Positions 53,003-64,000 of a stretch of 64,000 nucleotides of DNA are shown in pieces (position 1 is the first letter of the stretch; each line of letters opens with the position of its first letter). This stretch comes from Lingula anatina (Eukaryota > Animalia > Brachiopoda). The stretch is from the NCBI GenBank assembly GCA_051362555.1, contig CM120640.1, positions 64,396,788 through 64,460,787 of the forward strand, in the 5' to 3' direction. Position numbers and translations under genes: made by a program. Below the pieces are notes generated by a model. It was not told where the DNA came from, did not search any database, and saw only the letters and a list, made by a program, of their open reading frames with translations.

Positions 53003-53117
53003 CTTCGGTCGTCTTTAAACGAAACACGGCAGGTGTCAGATAATAGAAAGTCAGCCAAGTCAGAAGCAATCTGAGGAGCAGAATAATGTGTATGAAAATT
53101 CTGAATATTAGCTCGAC

Positions 53118-53125
53118 TTTATATA
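53118..53125 (-). promoter_or_regulatory. TATA box of the chitin-binding gene
   Basis: TATATAAA on the minus strand lies ~115 bp upstream of the ATG at 53002. Confidence 0.55.
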
Positions 53126-54884
53126 CTCGGCAACGTCCTGAAACCGTGACGAACTTTTTTTATTTTGGCCAGGGTGATATGTTAGTGACGTAATAGTAAC
53201 GATGGAATGTCAAGAGTCACATCCTGCTCCGACATTTCGGACAAGACGGCCCCGTCACTGAGACATAAGCCTGAAGGCGACGACATATATGAGCAAGCAA
53301 TTTAACCAAAGGTGTGGGCGGCGCACTTCTTAAACAAGTTGCACCCAAAATATAGAGCGAACAATGCATTTTAACCGGCGGCATTGCCTTAATAAAATGG
53401 AAGATGATGACACTGATGATTAATCTTTGAAATTGAAAGTCAGAGACCAAAGACCACGAGATCGTTCAATTATAAGTAAAAGTGTATATAATTTTAAAAT
53501 AAAAATGTTCAGGTAATTGGACAGTGTTTATTTGTTCAATAAAAAAACCCTGTCCTGTTTAATAGAGCATCGAAGAGTTATCTGTAAAATCCGCCACCTT
53601 ATCGGAGCTGTTTACTGCTGCACTGTTTGATCAGGTTTGCCTCTTGTTTGTTCAATGACGCTATCGCTTGCCGTACTTTACTTGTACACCTGAGATAAAC
53701 TGGCGTCCATTTCTAAAATCAAGGTCTGACGCTACGTCAGCGAAGTAACGTCTTCCTTGTTGAAATCGACTCTCAAATATTTTGCAATTGGTGACGAATC
53801 ACCACAAGCAAAGGCTGACACAGACGAACTAGAGTAGGTGACGGCACTCACGAATTCTCTTTCAGTGAGGTTTGTGGTTTTTAACCGGCAATGATCAGAA
53901 CGTTTTCTCAATTCTGGATCGAGAACTATGTTTTATTTGCTTTAAACAGCAATCAGGTTTTTCAAATATCTTAGTACTAGTGTGTGCTCATATGGGAAAA
54001 GAGAAACTACCATCAACAGTATGACAGGAAGTCGGTAAAAAGTTAAAGAACACTTTGTACATGGACCTGAAGGTATTCCATAGCATTGAAAAGAATGAAG
54101 TTTAAGATCATTGTCTAAAATAAAATAAAGTGATTTTGCATCATTGAATCATCCCCGGACGCCAAAAACTTCCCCTCTATGGGTACAACAAGCACGCCAT
54201 ATCACGAAAATCCCCAGCAACGTTTTATAACGTTTTTTGGTTATATAAACGTTATATTAAAGTTCAGTGTTTGCTAGGTCGGGCACATCGTTACTAAAAG
54301 TTGCCCCCCCCCTCCTTAGAAAATACTAACACTATAGAAATGATTTATTTTAGAATAACAGAAAAGAGTTTAATCATTTATTTTATTAAAGTAAAATCAA
54401 AAACAAAACAAAAAAAAAAAAATAATAATAATAAATTACTACTGAAATAAAACAAAATGTTTGTTTAGATCAACGATCATTTATTGCTGGTGAAAGAATA
54501 CGTGAGTATAAAACTTTTCGTCATCTAGGACAAAAACGAAAAATTCTTAAGGGTGAAAAACTCTATCCGCTCTCTTGAACATTTTATACATATGTCATCA
54601 ACTTTCTCATCTTTTTTTACACATAAAGTAGGTAACTAACAAAAGAAAGAAATTTCAACTGTGTTATCTGTAACAATGGGCTAATTCCATAAAGGATCAT
54701 ATATTGAATATCTATAAACATTATAAAATACCACTACTGATCACGGTCAACGGATCTACTAAAATTAACTTGTTCAAACTACATAATCTATATGTATGTG
54801 TAAAAGTTATCTGAACATATATGTTATCCCGTTAAAGTAATTAATGACACCTACGGCCTAAATCTTTTATCGATGCAAAAAAAA

Positions 54885-54895
54885 ATAAAATAAAA

Positions 54896-54938
<43 letters not shown>

Positions 54939-54940
54939 AA
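54885..54940. repeat. (TAAA)n microsatellite
   Basis: Directly visible. Confidence 0.9.
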
Positions 54941-55206
54941 TTAATTAATTAATAAAATTAAATAATCAAATACGGTTAATTTGTTAAATACAGCCATTGT
55001 GAGCAAACAAAAATAACACGTATTACATTTTGCATTGCAATACAAGAATTATGTTTAAATATCTGAGTGTCCAAATTAAAAACAGCAGATTGCATTTTAA
55101 AAGTTTTTAATTGAAATATCAGAATTTTATCGATGGTGTATCCGAATATTGAGGTAATTAACAACTGTCCTTCTGTCCCCTCTAACGTTATACACTCGAC
55201 CAAAAA

Positions 55207-55361
55207 AGGTTGCTCAGCATCAGTATTATGTGAAGCCTCCACTGATTAGTGTCAAGAATTGCTCATACTTTGTCATGGAAATACAAATGGAGTGACAAAG
55301 TTTGAGCAAGTCTTGACAATAGACAGTGGAGGCTTCACACAATACTGATGTTGAGCAACCT
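55207..55361. repeat. Long inverted repeat / hairpin (~65-70 bp arms)
   Basis: AGGTTGCTCAGCATCAGTATTATGTGAAGCCTCCACTG...TGTCAAGAATTGCTCATACTTTGTCA pairs with TGACAAAGTTTGAGCAAGTCTTGACA...CAGTGGAGGCTTCACACAATACTGATGTTGAGCAACCT around a short loop. Confidence 0.9.
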
Positions 55362-56808
55362 CAAGACTTTACTTAACTGTAGCCTACATACTGTATGGCT
55401 CAAAGATTTTTAATGTTTACTGTCAACACTTGCTTAACCTTCAAACTTCCTCACCCCAATTGCATGATTTGAAAACTGAAATTCATTAATGTCTCTGTAA
55501 GTCCCTGGCATTATCCATTAATATTTGGTTTAACATTTACCTAAGATCATATGGTTATTTTACTGTTATTCAAAATAATGATATTTACTAATTATTTTGG
55601 TTGAGTGTATTTGTACACATAAAAATCTGAATCAACTTCAGGTTGCATCACTGTGTTTTACACAGAATTCCTTTAAAAAAAAAAAATTTTCAGTGAAATA
55701 TGTTCATGCATATATATCATAAGTTACAAATGAGGGACACAGAAATATATCTAAGCAATAAACGGAACAAAACAGAAGTTATCAGTACAGGGTAACTACT
55801 AGTAGGACATTTCTAGGACTTTTTAAAATATGAGCATATCAAATATGACATCTCATATGCTGCATGCATTGATATGTTGATAATTACATGACTTCTACAA
55901 TATGTATAATATAAAGCTCTCTGTATAAAACTCCTTAACATATAAAATGGAACTGTTAGCATTCATCATTTCATGAGTATACTCAATTACCCATATAATC
56001 AAATAATGACACCATTTTATTCTTTTTGTTTGTACATTTTGTAATTCACAATATAAATCAAAACATACATGTACATATTTATTTTTGGTAAAATATTCTT
56101 CACATCGCACTAAAATATTCTATCCACTTCCTATGTATTTTGTTTAGTACTAATATTATATAAGATTTGATCAATCTCTTACCACTCAAAAACAAAATGT
56201 GAAAAACATTCTAGAAGAAATTACCTTGTGTTCTTGTAATCACCAAGTTGGCAAGTTGTGAAACAGATATGGGAAAAAAAGCACCGTAGACGAAGACTTA
56301 GTGATTAAAACAATGGCATACCATAAAAGACAATAACATAAAAATCAAAAGAATAATCAATATTCTAGTTCTCTGTGCTGTAAAGAACTCCTTATCACAG
56401 TATTTGAAAATCATTTTCTCAGATGCCCATTTCTAGTTATTTTACCCTATATTTGACACATCAGCTAAACTTTTAACCAGTAACAAGAAGAATTTGTCAC
56501 ATGATGAGTTGGTGCCCTAATTTGACAGAAACAAGCATTACACTTGAAATATCAGTGCAAAACTTACATGAATATGTAAAATGATACAATAACACATTAA
56601 AAACATGTCTCAATTATATCCAAACATTTCTTGAATTGCAGCATTTCTCCATTTTATGAAGAAAGGACAGTTAAATGTCATTTTTAACAATTTACTGGCA
56701 TATTTTGTAATGCATAACAAAGCAAAAACAAACTGGACAACAATCACCATAGCTGTGGAACTTTGGTGTGGATATCTATCATTCAAAGATTGACAGTACA
56801 GTGTAACA

Positions 56809-59800
56809 TCATTTCTTCATAAACGCGTCAGGAGTCGAGTAAATGAATCTTTCTTGAAGTTTCTGTCGCAACTGAACTGCATGATCTACAAAGGAATAGC
56901 AAAATAATTAATATGTCTGTAAAATGTTAAAAACCATTTTTCAAAGCTTGCAACTAAAGTTGACATATAAGCTTAAGCTTTAACTTGCTCATTTTGAGGT
57001 CTTTTATTCAAAGAAAAAAGCATAAAAGCTGAGGATTTCTGCTATCTTCACAATAGGATCAATTTCTTTCTTTCATCCATAAAGACACAAAACGAGTGTT
57101 AGTCTTACTGGAATAAAGAGCAAAAATTAATTTTCCCAGAAATTTTAACACCTTTTTTTAATCACCACCATATGCAATATATCCAAAGTCACTGACAAAG
57201 TTACTTACTATAAACTTTTTTTTTTAGTTCCTAAATTAGTTTCTAAATTTTGACTCACTCTCAAATTTCACTCTTATGATAATAAAACATACAATACTCA
57301 AATATGTTTACAGGACATAATTTTCTAAAGTTTTGGATGGAACCTATATTACCGATAAAGTTAATATTGCTGAAATTTCCAGCAAAATTAATTTTTTGCT
57401 ACTGGTGCCTTTGCCAAAAGCACATGTACACCTTTGGTAATATCATAATAGCAGAATTGGACAGCATTACCTGGAACTTCAGAAGCAGATGCGCTGTGAT
57501 GCAATGTCTGTGGAGTTTGGATACCCAGTGTCACAGCACTTGCGCTCTGTGTCCTCCTAGTTTGCCTACCAGGTGGCGCTGGCAGTGGGCGCCCCTCATT
57601 CACATTAGGACCTCTTTTTGTCTTGGGTGCAGTTGGAGGCCCCTGCTTTTGGATTGGTGGGGGAGGTGGTGGCTCTGTGGGAATGTCTGGAACAGTTTGA
57701 AGCTGATTGTTTTGAAAGGGTTCAAGCCCTGGTGCTGGTGGTGGTGGCGGTACTGGGAGAGGTGGTGCTGGTGGTGCCCTTGGTGCCTCCAGTGGTGTCT
57801 GTGTAATGGGGGAACAAGCAGAGGAAGCTGTAGGTGTTGAGGAAAAGCCATCAGGGGATGCTGAAGGGGGTTTAAAAAAGCAAAATGGGTGTTATGCCAA
57901 TTAAGTATTTCATCAATGCAGAAATTAAATGTACAGCAAATCACACAAATTACCCAAAAAATTGAACAAATATGCCAAAAAGAGAGCAATTCTGGCAAAT
58001 AAACTGATGCAAATCAGTTAAAAACATTAAAACAATTTTAAAAAGAGTATTAGACTGTTCACAACAACAAATCAGTATAAGCATGCAACAATCAAATCAG
58101 AAATATAAGTCAGATCACTTCACTTCACAATGACAATCAAAAGCCAAAAGCAACACAAGTTACAACACAACAGAAAAAGGGAAATAGCAAAAAAGATTGA
58201 CATAGAAGAATATACTGGTGCTAAAAATGTATAGGTAAAAGCAAGGATCATGTGACAAATGTTTATAATTATTTAAACTTTTATCATAAATATATACCCA
58301 ATGTATTATCCACTTTTTCTTACCTTTAAACGCTAATGTGACTGGTTACTACTGGTATAAACAGTATAACTATATGTATGCTCAATATGATGCTTGAATT
58401 TTTTGGGTTTACCTGAATTATCTTCCTGTAGGTTGTCAACTACACTACGCCTCAAGTGTAACTTCCTCTGTAGCTCATCCAATATTTCATCAGGTTGTGG
58501 GGGAGCAGGAACAGCTGAATGGCAGATAAGACAGAAATAATTACCATTTGTCTGTTTTAAAAAATATGTCAAATCAAACCGTGTATAAAGTCATCCATAA
58601 AAATCTAAAAATCTAAAATTTGATCATTCATTGTATAATTATACCTGGTACTTACATATAATATACATATAATATATGTCAAATATTTTTATTCCTAGCC
58701 ATACTAGTGTACCAGAACATCTTAATATGAACAACATTTAGGGAAGAAAGAAAGAATTCAAGGTGCCAGAAGAGAGGATGGAAATCTGGTTTCTGTTTAG
58801 GTTATTTAAATAAAAAGACTGACCATATAGCAAGTATGTATTCAACTTTACAAAAAATGAATCATCTGTATATAACAGTTGACTGAGTTACTCAAGCAGT
58901 AACCCAGACCCTATCGTACTAACTGTGGATCAATCTATCTACAAAGAGATTCTCACTAAATTGCCTTCAGCTTAAGCGGCTTAGATGTCTGTCACACCTG
59001 AAGCTGTTAGGGGGTAATTAATTATCGTTTAGCAGCCTCAGTAGGTGTGCAAGACATCTAAGCCGCTTAAGCTGAAGGCAATTTAGCAATAACCCCCTGG
59101 AGATAGACCAATCCTGTTAGATCGATCTAGGTATGGGAACCCAGTCTATGTCCCAGATATGCAGACATGAAAACATGCACGCATTCACAAACACACACAA
59201 AACAAAATGTTTAAAAAGCTTTAATTAAATGCTGAAAAAAATATAACAGCTGGACTGAAAACTTCTACACAAGTGCAAATATGATAAAAATATACCTGGA
59301 ATGCAATAATCAGTGCATTGTATCAAATAAGCAACTGGTGGTTATTCTATTGGCATAAAATGTATACAGAAACAAATATAGGTAAGTGGAAAAAAACTCA
59401 AAAAAATTAATTAAAAATAAAACATCAAAAAGCAGCAGTTGTAAATGTTTAACACTTGAACACTGCGACTGATGTTTACGATACTGTTTAAGAAGTAGCT
59501 AATATTCTTTCACAGTGTCACAGTGAGTTAATGACCCATTTCTTTCACAGTTTCAAAGTGTGTTAGTGATCGACCCATACTTTTCCAGCTTTTCAGTTAG
59601 TAGTAAGCCAAATAAGCTGACAGCACTGGTGACAGTGCTTCCTCTTTCATAGTTCACCAGACATTTGTAAGCTTGCAGAAAATTTGACAGCAGGTTCACT
59701 AAATCGTCTGCCAGTTCTGTGCTTGGGAAAAGCAGAATCTTGCTCTGGTCCATCAACTGGCGGAGCAATGTGACCCTCAGACGCTATTACAAATAATGCA

Positions 59801-62800
59801 TGCATCAAACAAAATACAACACAGTTCTGAACACAGCTTACATATGCATACAACTGTACAGCATTATGACAACATCATCAGTTTTGGCAAATTATTATAT
59901 AAAACTATAAAACAAAGCCTGCACACATAAGAGAGACAATTATGAAACCACCACAAAATGGGTAACAGAGCTGCGCAATACTGTGGAAAGCAAATTGAAT
60001 TCACACCACCTTATTACTATGGTATATTGAAAGTCTGGTAGCCTAATAAAAAAACTGCAAGGGAAAATGATGCTTGTACAAATTAGAGCAATAATGTGCA
60101 ATCTGACAAAAAAAGGTTCGTCCTAACCCATAGTTATTTCATTAGCAATAAAATAAACAGCTCCAAACATGAAAGTTGAAGAGTAAAATCAGCAATAAAA
60201 CATGGATAACATTGTCCTTTTTATTTTAAATACACTGAACACAACACACACTAAACACATAAACAGTCAAAGTCAAAAGGAAGAACAATGGCACAGGTCT
60301 ATGCTATATATGCAAAAATGAAGAACACATTACAGGCCCGGAGCCAGTGGTGTTTGGGGATTCAAAAAAAAAAAAAAACCTTTTGCTGTGAAAAGGTCCA
60401 GTCTGGGTAAAATTTGGTCTTGGTTCATGAAGGTTTTACAGTAAAAGGTCCACTTTTTCAGAAAAAAAGACCCCCCCCCCTTCTTCTTTTTTTTTTTTTT
60501 TTTTTTTTTTTGGAATTGCTGGCTACAGGCCTGCATGACAAAGACCTTTATAAAGGACAGGCTATCGAGTTATCTTTAACAGGGAAAAGTAAAGGTAAGA
60601 GTAGAAGGAGTGACAGCATGCTTACTTTCTCTTTTGTGCTCTGAGCGGTGAGGGATAGTTGCTATGGGTGGTGGAGCTGGAGGAGTTGTGGATCCTGTAC
60701 TGCCTGACAGTGAAGTTGGAGTGTTCTTTACTACCATCGGCACATTACTTTGACTTGGAGACCCTATTCAAAGAAACAGAAAGTATTTGTGATACCCTCT
60801 TAAGTCATAAAAAGGTATCTGTAATGGTTAAATAACACACAAGGTAAAACAATGATCATTTCCACTGTACAAAGTATGCTTAAGATTTGGCAGAGCTTCA
60901 TTTGTGCAACATCTTAAACAATCTTTTAATCTTATTTGTTTATAACAATTCTAACTTAATTAAAAATATTATGAAGACAACATTCACTTTTAAGAGCAGA
61001 TATGTGTACGGTATTCTCTCCCTCTTTCTTGCATGAATCTTTCCTCTAAATTTCTTTGAACTAAATTATGGTCAATCTGAAACTTTTTCATTTTATGTAC
61101 ATGATTCCACATTTGACATTCAAGCTACATGTACAAACCAGGGTTTTAACATGTTCCCTTTAACTAAATTGGACAAATATAAACTTTAAACTACATGTAC
61201 TACAATAGCAACCAGCATTTTTGAGAGGAGAGAATGCTGATTTGGACAATTTGTGGAAAATTCAGACAATGGAAGAATATTGTCACAGGTTCCTGTTCAT
61301 GTAAATCTGATATTATGCAACAGATATCCAGTTTACTTAACACCCGATTACAAAAATTGCTAATAAAAGAAAAAAAGAACAATTTTTAGCCACTTACAGG
61401 GTGCTTGCTGGCTAAGTTGTTGGATATTGTGTTCATTTTCATAATCCTCTTGCTCATGCATAATCTGTCTGGCAGCAGCTGTTAAAAAATCAAGCAAAAT
61501 AACTCAAAATTGTTGACTACTTGATAATCTAAGCCATAAATTACTGAATTTGTATAACTGATTATTTTAACAGGCATGTCCATTTACAGAAGATCTTACT
61601 ACAGTAACTGCAGTATACATATCTAATATTGGACCTCATACTCTCCTAGTACCTGAGGATGGCACATATTTTCATTGAACAACCAAATACCCCACGATGA
61701 CAATGTCAGTTATCTGTTTCCAATGAAATAAAAAATTAAAACATGTAATGATATAACAAAACGTACCTTCAAATACTTCTTCATTATAGTAGTCATGATC
61801 AAAATCTTCATGTAAAGCTAAAATTGGGAGGAAAATCAGATTGTACTGTACATACTAACTAATAGTAGTGATTACAAGTGGTGTAGAGTTATCAAAATAT
61901 TTGTTTCAGGGATCATTCAGCATTTTCATTAAAAATCAAGTTATCTGAGACAATCAACTACATTGAGCAGTAGCTCTACTTGTATGTAAATATTATTAAT
62001 TTTCCACTCAAGTTCAGAAACAGCAGTCATGAAGTCACGTCACAATGTCACTCAGCAAGGCAGTGAAAATAAGCAGCATTTTGAGGCATTAAAGCACTGA
62101 GGAAGAGTATTTTAAATGCAGGTAAATGAGCATGAATTTCTTGCCTGAAATGTGAACCAATACACAATTGGGCATTGTCCAAGATTTCCTGAAATCTCAC
62201 AAATCAGGGATTTTGCAAGATTTAGAGAGGAGTGGGGTTAGAAATAATAGTAGGTTAGCCAGTGCAGTACAGAAATGAAATAAATGTATTTTCTTCAAAT
62301 TTAGTTAGAAATTCATGTAGACCTAAGGATTGGTTTGAAAGAATTGGGATTAAGGTTAATGTTCAGAAACAAAAGTGACATCATATTATTATTTATGTTC
62401 ATTGTGAATTCAACACTTCCTCCTTATGAAATGAAAACTAATATATAATAAAATATATTAAATTACATGAATATTTGAATTCAAATTTGATGTTGGCAGT
62501 TATTATACTCATTTGATAATCATGCATCGTGGAAGGGCTGATTGCTGAAAAAATCTTTAAGTTCTTGAATATGCACAAATTTATACCTAGCAGCTGCAGG
62601 TCCAAAAAGCAAAGGACAAATGTACCCAGCAAGGTAAACAGGTGATAAAAACTGCTACCTCTACCTGTCTTTGAATAAGGAGTCATATAGTATTCCTGCG
62701 TAGAATTAAGGGGCTCTAGAGCACCAACCATATAGGTATCTACTGGGGGGCAAGTTTCTGTACTAGAACTACTTGGCTGTATAGTACAGTGCTGCTTCTT

Positions 62801-63726
62801 AGCTGTACTGACAGCTCTCAGCGACTGGCCTATAGCATAAGTATCACTAAAATGATCTGCTTCTGCATATATTTCTGGAGGTGGAGGCAGACTCTCAACT
62901 GTAGACAGAAGTGAACAAAATGGGGAAATCAGCTTTGGAATTTAAATATGAAAAATATATAGTTAAAATACTGGTATAAGGCAGAACACACAAATCTTAA
63001 AATGGCTTGTTGACCAACATATGAGACAATTATTGATCCTACAGTACATGTATATTCTTGGAAATTTTGTATCATTTTAAAATATCTCAAATTGGAACCA
63101 AAAAACTCTCATTAAATGAATATATACAATGTATCATTTAAGTATATATGTGGAATGAGGTTTTTAGGGAGGTTAATGTTATGGATAAATAATGAAGCTA
63201 TTAACATGATAATAACCTTGTGTAATTTCATCAGTATTATGCTCAGGAAAATATAAGTACAGGTAAGTTAAATCAAAAGTATCATGATTGGTAATTGATT
63301 CACATTAATCCAGTAACATAAGACAATGGAAATCATTTCTCTCTAACATAATCATGTTATAATGATAAAGCCTATTTTATTTAATATCTTAAAAATATTT
63401 ATCAACTGTATCACTTTTTCTTCTTTTTTTGCTACTGTGTTCTTTTTAGAATGGGTGGCCTTGGGGGATCACAGGCAGTGTTTTCAGGTAACTTAAATGG
63501 TTACCTGTCTCTGTGTCAGGACTCATATAGTATATTTCCTGTATTGTTTCTGGACCACCCACCACATAAGTGTCTGCCATGGGGCAGGTTGATGATGAGC
63601 TACTGCTTTGTATAGGACACAGCTGCATTTTGGACCTGCCAAATCTCAGTGTCCTGCCGACAGTATAGGTATCAGTGAAATGTTGTGCCTCCATGTAAAT
63701 TTCTGGCGGTGGTGGAAGACTTTCAA
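56809..63726 (-). CDS. 3' part of an unidentified proline-rich, tyrosine-motif-rich adaptor/docking-like protein; 5' part lies beyond the right window edge
   Basis: Exons 63726-63505, 62898-62665, 61817-61767, 61478-61398, 60763-60626, 59783-59658, 58514-58413, 57860-57471 and 56885-56809 (TGA) are all GT-AG and all phase 1, forming one continuous frame. Motifs include ESLPPPPEIY, DTY, EYYM, DHDYYNEEVF, EQEDYENE, RRFSEP, DELQRKLHLRR and long polyproline tracts, ending DHAVQLRQKLQERFIYSTPDAFMKK*. No folded domain is recognisable in this part. Confidence 0.8.
58903..59148 (-). mobile_element. Fold-back MITE family A, copy 5 (inverted)
   Basis: It is a reverse-complement match to the other copies (GGGGGTAATTAA; TAGATCGATCTAGGTATGGGAACCCAGTCTA) and contains a perfect internal 35-bp inverted repeat. 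Confidence 0.75.
60333..60533. mobile_element. Short hAT-like MITE
   Basis: TIRs CAGGCCCGGAGCCAG / CTGGCTACAGGCCTG enclose homopolymer tracts and an internal AAAAGGTCCA repeat. No clear TSD is visible. Confidence 0.6.
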
Positions 63727-64000
63727 CTGTAGGCAAAAGTGAATTCAGTCCTTACACAAAATTATGTCTCTTTGTGGCTTGCCTGTCAAGATTGGGGCAC
63801 TACCATAAACAATATTCTTGAAATGCTGGCATGTAACAAACTGCAATCAGTTTGAATCATGCAATAGTCAAAAAGTTTTATTACCTTAGTAGCTGAATCA
63901 ACATGTACCTGTGTCTGCATCATATAAAATACATGCATGCAGCTTTACTCTGCACAGCAACAATAAGTAAAAGCCTTTGTAGCATGCCTAAAAAAGCATC

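Noticed and set aside
57304-57840. Trp/Cys-rich 178-aa plus-strand ORF
   Set aside because: It is antisense to the proline-rich exon (CCA codons read as TGG).

Overview
This is AT-rich, intron-containing animal genomic DNA. Gene content and repeat types suggest an invertebrate, possibly a mollusc, but that is inference. Five protein-coding genes were assembled by hand from GT-AG splice sites and frame continuity. (1) The 5' part of mitochondrial DNA polymerase gamma (POLG, minus strand) has 4 coding exons and runs off the left edge. (2) A complete 15-exon ubiquilin (plus) lies head-to-head with POLG. (3) A complete 3-exon Orthopedia (Otp) homeobox gene lies on plus. (4) A 2-exon secreted chitin-binding peritrophin/mucin with a 36-bp coding minisatellite lies on minus. 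(5) The 3' part of an unidentified Pro/Tyr-rich adaptor-like gene (minus) has two tandemly duplicated exons and runs off the right edge. The POLG, ubiquilin and last-gene introns carry many non-autonomous DNA elements: hAT-like, Kolobok-like, a fold-back MITE family, and Helentron/HINE-like elements with internal satellites. I saw no prokaryote-style system, CRISPR array, tRNA or rRNA. The best leads are the duplicated tyrosine-motif exons, a POLG intron that is ~96% one composite transposon, an Otp without its usual Hbn/Rx neighbours, and a long hairpin downstream of the last gene.
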